A stretch of 54,500 bases of DNA, counting the filler, from Sphacelaria rigidula (Eukaryota): assembly GCA_964200075.2 (NCBI GenBank). It is 4 parts of 4 records of this genome, joined end to end, with 100 filler letters (N's around TTAATTAATTAA, not from the genome) between each part and the next. Parts side by side here need not be neighbours in the genome. Positions count along the whole stretch, not along the records: positions 13,653 to 27,203 come from CAXNAA020002809.1; positions 27,304 to 40,852 come from CAXNAA020002810.1; 2 more parts are not named here. One strand, given 5' to 3'. The notes below the pieces were generated by a model. The model searched no databases and was not told the DNA's origin. It saw nothing but the letters and a program-made list of their open reading frames with translations. Within the stretch, counting starts at the first letter, position 1, and each line of letters starts with the position of its first letter. This document shows, one piece after another, positions 22,507-36,488 of this stretch. A program made the position numbers and the translations under genes.

Positions 22507-25339
22507 ACTACCCTACTGTAGACTTGAACCGAACGAACGCCATGTATAAACATAATCGACATCGTCCTGCCTTGTACCAATCACCACGTGACTGATGGGG
22601 GAAGCTTACGCACGCAATACATGTTCAAGAGCCTGTTCACAGATCTCGAACCAAAAGCACAAGAAGATTGACAGAGTAAAACTATACGTTACGCTACCTA
22701 GACGCAGGCAATACTACGTACAATACTCGCTTACTACAAACCCAACCTTTCCTCAACCCACCGTTCTTACCATAGCTAGCTAGCTCTAGCACCCCCCTCC
22801 CCTCTCACCCCACCTACCGAGTTTGTTTGCTATGATGCGTAGGAATCTGTGACGAGAAAAAACAGTACATGCAGGGGCCTGGAGTAATGAAGGGTAGCAC
22901 TCTCAGGACCAGAGAACGAGCACCGTGCACAGCGCCAACCCACCGCAACGACAAAAGTACAGTAATGTGCACCCCAAAATTCACGGTGAACACATGTTGC
23001 CGTGGCATATACTGATGAAAAACCTGCCGTATTTCTCGTGACACCCTTCTTATCTTCAGTATCCCGTATGCAGCCATAGTAAATGCGTCAACATGGCACG
23101 GCCTTCGTTGACAGTGTGGCTGATACTCCGACAGGAGCAACGCTGAAGCCCGTCGGCACGGACTCAATCCGGAAAAAGCCGAATAAAAAAAGCTCACGCT
23201 GATTGCATCGCCATTCCGAGTCACACCCTCGGACAATACTTTCATCGCATTTCGTGTATAGTGCTGTATACCGTACTCTCGGCGTCAAGACCTTCGAGAC
23301 ACGTCGCGGGGTCGTGGAGCAGGGCGGCAGATGGATTGAAAACTAACAATGTGTCGCTCCATCCCACCTGCTTAGGCTTGCAACCCTGCCCCCCCCCCCA
23401 ACCTCCCTTGGTCAGTGGTCGAACGACTAAGGCAAGCAACAAATGAGTCCCCCCAATCTCCCCGCGAAGAAAAGCTTTCAACATCAGCAAAAGCAAAACT
23501 ACCGCACAAAAGCGTCGGGAAATCAACCGGGGGGGGGGGGGAGACGATATGCGAACGCATGAAATTGTAAAAAACGCGGCCACAAATAGTACCTTATAAT
23601 TCCCCTTGAGGTCGCATCATTTAGAGTATTGCCTGCACCATCGAGTGAGAAGCACGACACTACCAACACTACGGAGAGCTAACCTAGCAACAACTGCAGA
23701 TGGAGGGTAGGCGGTGAGTCAGGTCGTATCGTCATCAGCAACTCGCAACCCACGAGCCTAAAGGCGCAGAGGATGGAGGGCACCTGCGGCCGATGGCTAC
23801 GCAGAACATGAAAACCGCAAGGGAGCGGGGGGACAAGGGTCACCTCTCCGGGCATTACAGGAAAATCACAACAGTTTTCTGGAGAATTCAGTCGCGACGT
23901 AACCCCGTCGGTCTAGTGCTTCTACCTCGTTTATCCGTTGTTCTGCAACAAGACGCCTGTATACTCTCAGCGAATAAATAAACAGATAACACAATATTCC
24001 CCCCCATGACCATGACACGAAAAAACCGCTCCAGTTTTGACGTCTGAAAACATTCATCACGCCATGTTTTCCAATAAAAACGCACCTCCGTAGTATCCAT
24101 CTTACTTGGTGCATCATGTGTACATACAGAGAACACGCCAAACCTTTGTGGGCTATTCATAGCTACAACGAAGACAAAGCACTCGTAACACTATTTTGGA
24201 TCACAAAACCACAAAACGATGTTGACGGGACGAAATATCAACCATCAATACTTTTACTTTATGTTCTGTACAAGAAACCGTGACCTATTCAATGTACGCT
24301 TCGAGGCGACTCTCTAGGCCGTGAAAAAACCACGTTGAAAAAACGTCATTCTCTTCAGGGACCATGCTCGAATGCTTCTCAAGGCAAATTCAAAATCTCC
24401 GAAATAGCTAACTTTTTGTTGAGCCAATCAGCCATCCTAGAGCAGGAGCAAACTACAGCTACTTGAGCCAACCACGTCGCATTAGCTCAAGTCAGTGCGT
24501 GAACCCTTTGCCCGCAAACAAACCAGCCACTATGGCTACGAAGTTCATTTTATTAATCGTGAAAAAACGCCGATTCCGCGAATAGAATATGATTGTCTTC
24601 GCGGTCGGCCGAAATGTTACGAATTCCTCGCTTTCAGCTGCAACTCTATACATCCATAATACGGCTGACGATTTGGCTCAGTGGTTACTCTCAATCGCAA
24701 CTACAAATATTTACCCTCAGAATACTGCAGAGACTGATCAGACCAGTGATTCACTCTTGTGAACACGAATATAAGGGAAACTTTCGACCACACTATCCTC
24801 AGACCAGCCTTCTCATCTCGAGGTAGTCGTGGTACGTCAGCTTGTACTTGGAGCTTTGGTAGCGAGTGACCTAGTCGGACAGAACAGACGAACGCCACAA
24901 ACGCAGAAAAGAAGGAGGCGGACGATACAATCGAGTCGTGACTGACGAGGGTTCCATCAAGTATGAGCGAGATCAGTGATATATTATTGGTGTGCCGAGT
25001 GTATCGAAAGTTATCTGCAGGGGTGGTACGTTAGGTGACACCAGCTAGCTATTTAGACAGTCAGTACGGTACAGTTATGGGGGTGAATGGGGGGGCATAA
25101 CGACAAAATAATCACTCCGAAAAAAAATACCGAACACGCGAAGGAATAAAGAACACGCCATCAGGTGGTCGGACCTCTGCCGAACAGAACACGAACAGAA
25201 TACACGCTTCATCCCTTATGAACTTGGCTTAGTATGCGACAGCTGTAGCACTGTTCATCGCACTTTTCTCGATACAGGAAACGAGCCGGCCCGCGGCACT
25301 TTACAGCCCCCCTGCAAACAAAAAAGCTAGGGAATCTTG

Positions 25340-27061
25340 CAAGGGCAGGTCAAGTAGAGAATGTACTTTTGAGTACTCGAGTAAAATACCCGAGTATTTA
25401 CTGTACTCAAATGTTGAGGAGGTCGAGTTTGGCCTCGAATTCTTTACTCCAATTTTGGGTAGATCGAGTACGACCTCCACTACTCCAATCAAATTTTGAG
25501 TAGGTCGAATACGGCTTCGAATACTCTACTCCAATTTTGTGTAGATTGAGTACGACCGTAACTACTCTACTCAAAATTTGAGTAGATCGATTTCGACCTC
25601 CAATACTCTACTCAAATATTGGGTAAGCACTCTCAGTATTACTTGAGTACAGAGCACCAATTGGGTATGATGAGTGACCGTGACCGTCGGCAACAAGTTG
25701 ACGTCACATCACAGACTACGTTAATACATGGGCGAACGATGGCCATCGATAAAAAAAGTGGTGTCACGTCACAGGCTACAATGAGTATGAGCGAATGATG
25801 GCCATAAAAAAACGAAAAAATCGTGCAGATGAGTGAACCTATTATACCTGCCCCAGCCCACCTGCCCCCACCCATGGCCGTACATACTTGATACCTAGGA
25901 AGTGGAACGGTGGTGGCACGACATAAGGGTGAAGATCGAGACACCAGCCGAGCTGTGTAGAGATGCGATCCAATCTCGTGGAACGTTTTTTGTGAAGAAA
26001 ATGCGTGTCTTGTTCAGCGTCTTGGTCAAATCAGGAGTATAGTTGCACTTGTACCGGTCATTTGGATTTTGTCCTTTTTTGTTTGTGCTCGACAGATTGT
26101 GAATTATGAATTACGTTCTGTGGCGCTGTCATCATGTGCTTCATGATCCTTTCATTATCGGCTGTTTCCCCTTTTCCCCACTTGCAGCCAGGTGAAACGC
26201 GTCACACACCCAGTGACATGTCCGGATGCCCGGGTATGGACTATACACAAGACTTCGACTACCAATACTTCGATACGATTTTACGCTTTCCAGTACCCCC
26301 GCCAGTCTACACGGTACAATCCGAACGCCCTTCGACAATACCCCAATATTCATTCTACCCTAGTTTTGTACCATTTGGTTTTTTATCCAAATGCTCTCTC
26401 GAGTATACTGTGTACGAATGTTTGCTGAAGTTTGATCGGGAAGCAGCACTAATCATGGGTAGGCAACTCTGGGAATACGTCGGTATCTACTTCACCTGAG
26501 TTTGAGCATCTTGCGTATGCACTTAAATACTCGAGTTAAAATGATACCCAAGGTTTTTGGTACACCGGGTCCGACCTCAGATACTCTACCCAACTTTCGA
26601 GTAGATTGGGTATGATCTCACATATTATACGCAAAATTTTAATAGGTTGAGTATGATCTCAAATACTCTACTCAAAGTTTGAGTAGACCGATTACGGCCT
26701 CAAATCATTTCCTCAATTTTTTGGGTAGATTGAGTATGACCTCAAATATTCTCGTCAATTTTTGAGTATATCGAGTACGACCTCCAATACTCTACTCAAA
26801 TTTTGAGTAGATCGAGTATGATCTCCAATACTCAAATTGTGAGTAAGCACTCTCAGTAATACTTGAGTAAAGAGTATCACTTGTGTATGACTTCAATACT
26901 CCACTCATTTTTTGGGTAGATTGAGTATGGTCTCAAGTACTCTCCTCAAATTAGGGGTAGATTGAGTACGGCCTCAAATACTCTCCTCAAAATTTGAGTA
27001 CTGAAATTATGACTCTTCAAAAATATTCAGTATTGAGTACACTCCACTCAACCTACCCTTG
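25340..27061. mobile_element. Non-autonomous DNA transposon (CAAGGG TIR, 8-bp TSD) with arrays of a ~41-bp palindromic unit
   Basis: TIR caagggcaggtcaagtagag versus reverse complement caagggtaggttgagtggag. TSD gaatcttg (25332-25339) / gaaccttg (27062-27069). Unit tactctactcaaattttgagtagatcgagtacgacctccaa. Confidence 0.8.
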
Positions 27062-27203
27062 GAACCTTGTCGGAGATTTGCTCAATTCGCCACAGCGGAC
27101 TCAACCCCCCCCCCCCCCCCCCACCAAAAAAACAAGGGTGGGGGGGGAAAGGAACCAAGAGAGGGGGAGGGGACGGCCGGAAGCAACACCCCGCCCCCCA
27201 CCC

Positions 27204-27303
27204 NNNNNNNNNNNNNNNNNNNNNNNNNNNNNNNNNNNNNNNNNNNNTTAATTAATTAANNNNNNNNNNNNNNNNNNNNNNNNNNNNNNNNNNNNNNNNN
27301 NNN
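27204..27303. other. Artificial contig spacer
   Basis: 100-nt N-run with central TTAATTAATTAA. Confidence 0.98.
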
Positions 27304-27554
27304 CAAAATTCGAGTTAACGGTCGACGAGGGAAAGGGACTGCTGTACCCCTCTCGCGATAAAAAATAAAGACAAGCACCGCAGAAGAAAGGTGAAGTACT
27401 AAGAACAAACAGAAAGGAAGAAACTCCTGTGTTGACCTTCCTCCTGTGTGACCTCGGCTGGTGCGCCCACATATACCGAAAGGTGTAGACCGGCGTCGAG
27501 AATAGATGGGACGATACAACACAACACAGTACATATTTATTTTATATTTTTCAC

Positions 27555-30500
27555 CTGCGGATGTCCTGCGGTAGACTTGCCAAAGCGTACCACGGCTTGT
27601 ATGCCAGCAGTCCCCTCCCGCCCAGGCCTGTTGAGCACGTACGGGCAGCTGATGGTGTCACTACCTGAAAATCCCACCAAGAAACAGACGACGAACGAGT
27701 CGTTCATGTGCGAAGCCTGAAATCTTTTCGACAAACAGTGGAGCTGTAGGAGGATTGCCCGTTGATATTCGTGGGGAGATGTTTGAATGAAATGTGAAAT
27801 GTGTGAAAAATCGAGTACACGGTAAAAAGAGAATTTCACAAATTGAGGTTGGATTTGTTTTTGAGAATAAACCCTGGGAACGCTCATGAGCACCGAAATA
27901 TTTTCGAAAACAAAATGCCAACGCACTGTCCGGACTTGATCTGTGGCCCCACTCATTCCAGAAAAATATATATGCAATATGTAAAATCCGGTGTCAACAG
28001 GGGATATTATGACAACTACGAACAGCTTTTTCGTACGAAAACAAACGGAGGTCAATATTTGTTCCGGATAAACACGGGACTTTCACAAACTGCGGATGGA
28101 TTCCATCGAGGATGAGCGAGGCCACACCTCACGATCGGAGACTGCATTTTCTATTTATTCCAAAACTATTTCGATGCATTTGGAGGTTCCCAAGGTTCAA
28201 CCTCAATAAAAAACCATCCGATATTGTAAATCCCGTGCCAAACGCTCCAGCTTTCCACACGGGACACTCCGGCCCCTGAAGCGCGGGAAAACGCGTCCGG
28301 GGTGTAGAGGTCCACCTTCGAGGACTGCCTCACCCTGCTCGTTACTACAGTGTTTTGGTGTGCTGCTTCCACTACTTCACGTGCACTGGGATGTGTACTG
28401 AGAGGGTGTTGGTTTGTGTAAAGAATTAGCTGGGTTCGATAACGTTATGAGACTGAATGGCATGTCAATCTCGATAGTATCCGGCTTGCAAAGCGTCACA
28501 TACTCTACCGTTTCATGCGCTCGTGATGCAGACCAACCAGTGCGTTTTCGGGACCCTCTCACGAAAAAACGCCCATCAACAATGTGCCCTTTGCATCAGT
28601 ATGCCAAACGTAGGCGTGAACGCTCCACTCAGCAGGTTCAAAAGATAACACCCTGGACCGGTCGACATATGTGATACGTTGTCTATACGATATGTCGACG
28701 ACCCGCGGTGGACAACACAATCATGACCAATGCTGACGTGCGATACATATATCGCGTGTTCAATATAACACATCAAAATGTGTACGCAAATTAGTATTCA
28801 GCGCACTTGTAGGGTCGTCGACGCTGTTTGTTCAACAGCATACTGTCCGGTGCATGACACCTCCAACGTATGTTCCCCGATATGTCTTCAACGTGTATTG
28901 TCCCTACAAGACATGGACGACCCGCGGTGTACAGCATATATCGTGACGACAATCGGATGGTTCGTGTGCGGCATATTTTGTCGCAACAGCATGCCTCGGT
29001 TTCTCTTGACTCGAACTGTGCCGTCCGATCGATGTATTCAGCGGCGATGAAAGAAGTACATTTTGCAACACGCTCTTCGAGAAGCGAGCGTCGTGCCCAA
29101 CACATGCAGGCACGAACCCACGCTACCTCGACGATGTGAACAAATTATTCTGCAGCTACAACACCTCGAACTAGAGCTTACACCAACAAGTTAATATCTA
29201 GACTATATACAAAAATATGATGTCTTCGATATAAGGTATCGACCCGCGTCCAAAACATACCGACCAGTCTGGGGTGTGTCAAGATATCCCGCCCGAAATG
29301 TTCTGCACAAATGCACGAGAAAGAACAAAATGACACGCACACCAAGTGTTTGCTCCCTGCACATAGCCATCGAAAAACACCCCCGAAAAATGTCTTACAC
29401 AAAACAGAGTCTTTTGCGTAGTTACGCCAACGAGGATAGGAGAGAGGCGGGTCAACTTTCCACAACGGTCAAGCACGCACGCACACAGACATCCAAGGGC
29501 AGGTCGACTAGGGTATACTCAATTACGGGGTATTTTGAAAGTCGGGCTTCAAGTACTCAAAATGGGGTAAGGTGCCAGGAGTCGTACAGTACCTCCCCGA
29601 AAAACTGGAAAGCGAATCCCAACACCCTGCCCCAATTTGTGTACTCCAAGCACGACTCTTAAAATACCCCACCATTGAGTATACTCTACTGGATCTGCCC
29701 TTGCAGATATCGACCACGTGACAACGCACTCACTGTTCAACGTGTCGTGGAACGCGTTGTCTTTCCGAAGGAGGGGCGTGTTGGCCAACACCTTGTCCAC
29801 GTCATAAATGTGCTCGGGCAGTTGGTCCTCGTCACCGTCACCCTCATCAGTGTCCACCACGTCGTCTCTTCTGAGGACACCGCTTCTCCAGCCGTCCTCC
29901 TCGTCGTGCAGGTCAGCCAGGGGATTGGCTTCTCCTGTTGATATCCTCTGCAAACAACGAAAAACGAAAAAATATACGCACGTTCACCGTATGTATCAAG
30001 TACAACAGGTGAACATTGAATACAGCGCAGCCGTATGTTCTTCAACGTTCATGTCTTATGATTCTTACCGTATTTGTCGACGCCTGTTACCCTCACGGCA
30101 CGGCTAAGCCAGTCTTTCACACATCTGCCAACCTGCACGATCACCTGCATGCCGTTGCTACCTTTATACTCTCTGGTGTGGTGGAACTCCCATCACGAGC
30201 GTGTCGTGTAATACTCCGAGCAATCGGATGTACTTACAACATGACAAATCGGATACCTTGCAAATAACGGGCAGGCAATGGACGAACCGCGCAAATAGTT
30301 GAGATAATAGTTTTCTCAGAACTTCCAGTAAAACAGAACAAATAGAACATCGTTGTCTCTGTTTCCAAAATGTCGACATGCGCCGGGGAGCAGCAATCCA
30401 TTGCCACGTACTTCACAGCGTATACGCGACAAAAACCACGTCCATTACACCCCAACCCACCCCGCCGACCTCTTACGAAGTAGTAGTGCACCTTCGCTTG

Positions 30501-32925
30501 GGAACGTGACGCGCCGTGTCATGTACTGATCAAATGGAAAATAACCCAAGCTCGAAGCAATGACCGTCATCGTCAGGACAACAGCACGCCCCAGGCCACC
30601 ACTCTTCAGGCAAGCCATCTACTCAGGTGCTATTTGTGACAAATATTTTGGCAGCATAGTTGCGCCCATATCAGCCTCGCCCCCACCGTGTAGGTGTAGT
30701 AAATCACTCTTGCGCATCGCCCGTGAATTCTCCGAACCTTCCGGCGACTTTGCAATAACTCTGCGCATGAGTGTGCGAGAAAGCCATGTTTCTGGTGCTT
30801 CAGGAAATCACGCTTAGTTATCGAGGGTGGTCAGCTTTTTTCGTTTTCGTTTTCTTTTTTTTTCCTTGAAGGAAGGAGGAAACGTAAACCAACACTTACC
30901 CCGCAAGGGAGTCGGTGTGCCGATTATCCGGGGGCTCATTTGCGCCGCCTCGCGGCAGTCATGTGGGGCAGGCGCCTCGTGCGCTCGCAAGCCTTGCTCA
31001 AGCGTTGGCAAGCTTTGCTCAAGGCACGCGTGGGAGTCGGACCCCCCAAACCCCCCTGTCAACTCGGCGCAGTGCACGCGCCACCCTACTCATGTGAGCT
31101 TCGGCCCTAGCGTGATCAGCTATGCATGCACACTCTAGATAACTACAGCGCAGTACCGTGCTGCTGCCGTGCAACTGTCAGTGCAACAGCCTTGAGTCCC
31201 TGTTCGTGTATGATATGGTCGGTCCATTGTGTACTACACTTCGAGTGTTTTTTTGTTCTTGTTTCGTGTGGGGGGAGGGGGGTACCCGAGGTACCCTGGA
31301 GTACCCAGTACCTTCCGCAATCGCTACCCTGGACTAGTTAGTAAGGTGTACTCTGTACTTACCGCCAACAAGATTCCGGTCAAGTAGGATAAGGCGGAGG
31401 CCCTCAATCGTTCTCTGTCTGACTGGACCACACTGTCCGCCACCGAGTCCTTGCTGGTATCTGCGGAGCATCAGCCGTAGTAGAGCAGTATTGTGATCAA
31501 GGGAGGGGTGGTGACAGAAGCAAGTAAAGACAGATGAAACGTCCGGTGGTTGATGGTTGTTGTTTGGTCGAGGTAACCAGTAATCAGAGCCAGCATTTAT
31601 ACAGCATGGGCAGAACCATCGGTATGCGAGGGAGCAAGCTTGTCAAGTGCACGGCGTCAAGACCCAATCGCCCGATTGCGTCAGCCCTGGCCCTGGCTGT
31701 CTTTTTTTTTCATGACCATGCAGTACAATACGGCATGGCTCTGGCAACGGAAAGAGTTTGTCGGAGAGTGTTCGTTGTCGAGAAAAACTCGCGACCAGGC
31801 TACATGAAAACTATTGAAATTACCATTACCTTCCCATAGCAAGTACGCAGTATGGAATCCCACGTTCGTCCCACGAACCCCTGCAGAAGAGATGGAAGCT
31901 ACGTCTAACGCCATAGTAAGAAGCTAATATTTCTCCGTCATACTTTCAACCCCTCCCCTCTCCCGTGATAACTTCGTACTTTCAAGGGATGTACTCCTCT
32001 CTCCCCTGATACACGCTGAACACTTTGCTGATGCACGGCGGAATGGATCAGCCCTACCGCACCGCGCCATATCTTGCCAAATAAATTCCTTTGCTACTCA
32101 CGTCTTCACTCTTTCTACGATGGAGATCAGAGACCGCTTGGAAAGAAAATCGTGGACCTGCATCTGCGGTGATTTCAAATTCGCGATCTTCCACCCTAAC
32201 TGCCCTCAGCTGTACCATTCAATTTCAGACCAACGTGGATCTGTTGATTGGTCGGTCGATTGATCGTCGCACTTCATGTTTCTCAGAGGAAGCCCGTGCC
32301 GTACGTCTCCTGATCATTTTTCTCTTCCTCGGCTTCACCGATCACGTCGTGTTCCAGCCTGTACTTTGCTTGTAAGAACTCACACAATCGATGCAAACGC
32401 ACGAAATGAAAATATCCGGACATGGACAGCCAGGCTTCACTTTTGATAGTCGAGACGGCGCAAGACATGGAGGAAACGTATATTTGTTCCGATTTTTTCT
32501 CTCGTGGAGCGAGCACATGGTGGAATCTCGGCCACAAAATAAGAGTATTTTTGGTGATGGGCCACGGGGTGGGAAAAAACAACAAAAAGCTCCATCACAC
32601 CAACATGTTCATATAAGCCCAACTTTGGCGGGGGCGGGGGAGGGGCGGGTACCCTCAAGCCTAGTAATCAGGCCACCAGACGTGGCCAGCCATCCAGATC
32701 TGAGGTTGGTTCACGTGTGGAGAGTACGTTACTGGACTTTTACCACGCTGTACTTTATTCGAGAGGTTGGTACGACTTGATCGCGAGTCACAAAGATCGG
32801 AGTGATGTGGTTATTAGAAGACAAGGCCGCACTGAACAGCCATGTACGCCTTACGAGGAGTGGCGTCGCAGCGAACACAGAACGAGGCAACATGTCGCCG
32901 GCGGTGGAGGCCGGCATATTTGCTG
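27555..32925 (-). CDS. Probable multi-exon gene of unknown function (partial)
   Basis: Candidate AG..GT exons: 32855-32925, 32305-32368, 31830-31880, 31363-31460, 30477-30496 (optional), 29734-29947, 27555-27664. The best exon (29734-29947) encodes RISTGEANPLADLHDEEDGWRSGVLRRDDVVDTDEGDGDEDQLPEHIYDVDKVLANTPLLRKDNAFHDTLN with a gtttgcag acceptor and gtgagt donor. The frame of the middle exons is ambiguous and no domain was recognised. Confidence 0.5.
29494..29703. mobile_element. 210-bp MITE of the CAAGGG family (intronic)
   Basis: TIRs of about 30 bp, caagggcaggtcgactagggtatactcaat / attgagtatactctactggatctgcccttg. TSD cagacatc / cagatatc. Confidence 0.85.
30837..31108 (-). mobile_element. 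tRNA-derived SINE (family B)
   Basis: Head gggccgaagctcacatgagtag..ggtccgactccc (A/B-box-like) and an A-rich tail. Imperfect 13-bp TSD agggtggtcagct (30824-30836) / agcgtgatcagct (31109-31121). Confidence 0.78.
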
Positions 32926-32971
32926 CTGGAAGAGACCTCACATGTCACGATCCAGAGCCCATGATCTTGGT

Positions 32972-33160
32972 TTTTGATTTGATTGATTGTTGTACTTTAA
33001 CTGACCACCCATGAGTCCAGCCGTGGTCGCATGACAGACCTACCCAAGAAAACGAAGGAGCAGAAAAAAGTCGAATAGAACGACATAGTAGACTAAGACG
33101 TGATGAAAAAAAACAAGAGCAAAGCACAGAAAGAGATGGCCGACCTGAAAAAAAAGAGAG
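32972..33160 (-). mobile_element. 5'-truncated non-LTR retroelement 3' end with (CAAT/CAAAT)n tail
   Basis: Perfect 12-bp TSD catgatcttggt at 32960-32971 and 33161-33172. Homologous copies at about 55-214 and 14430-14514. Confidence 0.8.
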
Positions 33161-35464
33161 CATGATCTTGGTACCCGAAGAAAATGAGTGCAGTCACTAC
33201 TAGCGCAGCCCTACAGCAAAACTTGGCACCCACATGTACAACGTACTTCAGGCCATCTCAAAGAAGATTCGACGCCTCTCGAGCGCGCCTCAACCGGAGA
33301 AGCAGAACAACTGCGGGCTTATTCCATGCTGAGCAGCTAATCACCAATGCTATACGCAGCGCACTCGGTGCTTCCGAGCCGCCAATATTTCGCGACACGT
33401 GTGAGCTATCGAAAAAACATTAGAGATAACTTTGTAGAGTCGACCTTGGCGCTTCTTTAGAGGTGAGTGAATCTTCGACAATTGTGGAGCTTTTCATGCT
33501 AGTTTGTGCCACATCTCTAAAAAGGGGGCCCGGACACGCCCACTTGATGTGCGAGGTAGTATTAACATCTGGAACCAAAAGAACGGCTCCGGACTTTAGA
33601 AGACATTCCTTCCTGCTTCTGCCCAAACAAGAAAAAAATTGTACCGGGAATCTGATTTTAATTTCAGAACAATTTGAAGGCCCCTGATTGGTCGATAAGC
33701 ATTTTCACTACCAGGGCCACGGCAAAAGACTCCAGGAAAAATCTGGCCATGTCACACTGCCCGCTTGCTCATGGGGGTCACCATGAATGACACCAAACAT
33801 ATTTCTGTCCGTTTTGCGATCTGTATCTAGTGGGAAATAAAAGTTGGGCATTCACGTTGAACCAGCCTGTGTATCAACTACACAAAGTGCACACACTTAC
33901 CACAACATCAACAACACTTTTCGCCCTGGTTCCCCCCTGCATTCATGCAAACAAGCAATTTTACTGTGCCTTGATGCACTGTAGTGCATCGCAATCGAAA
34001 GACCCCGAGGCATGGCATCTTGTCGTAATACATATAGCCACCAAAACAAGCTGTCGAGCAGTTAAACAAGTCAAAAATAGGAGAAACAGAAGGCGACCAA
34101 ATTATATTTTTGGGGGTGTGCCAGATGGGATGGGTAGGTGGGTGGGGGGTGCAAGGGTCCAAGATTTGGTTTTCACGACCCCTGTACCGCGGTATTTTCA
34201 AGTGTCTGCTCGTCCGTTCGGGTAAAACAAGGGTCCAGAAAAAGGAGAAGTGCACGTACTTCCGCTCGTCGAAAAATGGAAAGTGCCCCCCCCTTATCGT
34301 CTGGGGAACGCGATCACGGAATCATGGCTAAGTTGAAGGACACGACACACATCGTCCTTCGCCGATGACCATGGACATGGAAGAACAATCAGAGCTGCGG
34401 TGAATGTTGCGCACTGCTGGGAACTTTGGCAGCGATACCCTTGTTTTTGACCTGTCGAAGGAGCCGTGAGAGATTGCCAGCTAACGTTCGTGCGCAAATT
34501 GAACTCAACGGCAGTGCTGCCGCAACAGAAGGGCTCAATCGAAGCCGAACTTGAGAATCATCTTGAGTGTTGCCACTGGCCCGAGGTACGGTGAAAACTA
34601 ACATTGACTCACAGTCTTGCACCAAAATAAGAAACAAGATTACACGCGAATACCCGCATGCAAAAACTCATTGCACTTTTCGACAGCATCGCTGCTTGCG
34701 GAAGCCTCCACCTTGGGTGGATATCTAGCCGTGAAAGTTGGCACATTAGTTGGACACTAGACAAATAGCATATGCATCGATCGGCGGCACATTTGGCCCG
34801 TGCGCAAAAGGTAGCACAGCGACTAGAGTTTTTCTTTCGGCTATCGTCGATACGCACAGCTTTCCCGCCGACCCAGCTTCGTGCAACAACCCTTAGTGGA
34901 TTACTCGACACGCTGGTGCACTAGCTTCCACATCACGTGCAGCTGGGCGGCTGCTGCGCTGGCAGAACAACATCGATCTAAACTGGGATGCCCTGTGGAT
35001 GATGACCATCCGTACAGTACCCAGTCACTTATGGCGTGCACATATGCTCAGTTCGGGAGGTACGGCCGTATGTGCGCAGTCGGCGCTGCAACACACTGAA
35101 ACTTCGGCCTTATGTCATGTGAGGCACAGCCAACAAGCCCATATCGATGAAGCTGGGGTTACGCATTGCAGCAGCACGCAACGGGGCGACGAGAAGCCAG
35201 CTTTTGTTCCGAAATATGTTTGGTATTTTGGCGGAAGAATGCTAATAAAAAAGCTACTTGTTGTTTTTCTCGGAGGCACTTCTGTACTACTTCCTGCCGT
35301 ACAATAGTGCGCAAGTCTACAGTAACTAACCGTCAATGAACCCTGCCAGGTCCCAGCTTGTTTATCGGGTATCACGGTGTACGCGACGAACGACTCAGAG
35401 TGAAATCACAGATATTTGACGAAATCGTATCGAGTATCGATATCCGATTTTCAACACTGCTTAA

Positions 35465-36488
35465 CCCTTTTGAGACCGGGCCTCGAGAACGACCAATGAG
35501 GCTGGATAGGAATGACGTGTCTGGCGTCTGCACGAAACAGTGGCGTGTTACTGGGAATCCGCATACGCAGGATTACGAGGAAGACCGGAAGTTTCATCCA
35601 ATCTATTTTCAGGTGCAGGGTGTGCATTAGGTAATGTACATCTGATGTAGCAAGCAGTATGGGTCGCGGTAAAGAGCTTTCAATAGGATGCGGCGACCGG
35701 CGGGCCGCCCGCCACTTGTGGCTTTGCATGATTTTACTGTCCCAATCAACTTGCCACGCAACTCATTGTGGTTGGGGTGGGCCACCATTTCCCTCTTTGT
35801 TGCATGCGGAAAATTCTCTTCGGAGGGGATCAGCATTTGGGCGCGCATACATACAGTATATACAGTACAGTGCAGTACGCCTCTCCTACTGCAGCAGCAG
35901 CTGCCGCTGCATACTCCCTTGCACGTTCTGGGCAGTTCTCAGCTACCGAGATCCACTGCCTATTTACCGCTTCTTCATCCCCGCCCGATACATACATGTT
36001 AACTGCACACTGCAAGTCATCGGCAGAAGGATAAGCAGAATTCATTACGGTAGCTCATTTTGTCTTTCCACGGCCCACCTGGGTTTAGTGCCTCGTGAAT
36101 ATGACCACACTGTAGCATGTACACTCTTCCCGGTTTTTACCACTCCACCCTGCGTTCGGGTAGTTACTGCGTTTTAGTATAGGCTGGCGACCCTAAAAAA
36201 CTCTCGGAAAAACGCGGAAAAACTATACTGAATGCAAGTAATACCATAAACCAAGCTGCGACCATCCTGCATTTGGAAACCTGGGAAGGCTTATCTGGGC
36301 CAGAGATAATGCCCCCACACGATCTTTGCTGTGACATCACACTCGGCAAACGTCCCCGCGCTGGTCGTTCGGGTCTGGTCGATAAATTCGACTCACCGTG
36401 ATTGGGCAGGTCGCTCCCTGACTTATTTTTTATTACTTCACCATCACAGGGTCAACCCCGTGTTAGTGGGGGGTCGGTCCCAAAAGAG
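35465..36488. mobile_element. Possible non-autonomous piggyBac-like element
   Basis: TTAA at 35461-35464 and 36489-36492. Ends cccttttgagaccgggcc versus reverse complement ctcttttgggaccgaccc (14/18 identical). Confidence 0.45.

Noticed and set aside
25400-27000. CRISPR-like array of palindromic repeats
   Set aside because: Units are head-to-tail with no unique spacers, are degenerate, sit inside a TIR/TSD element, have no cas genes nearby, and the context is eukaryotic.
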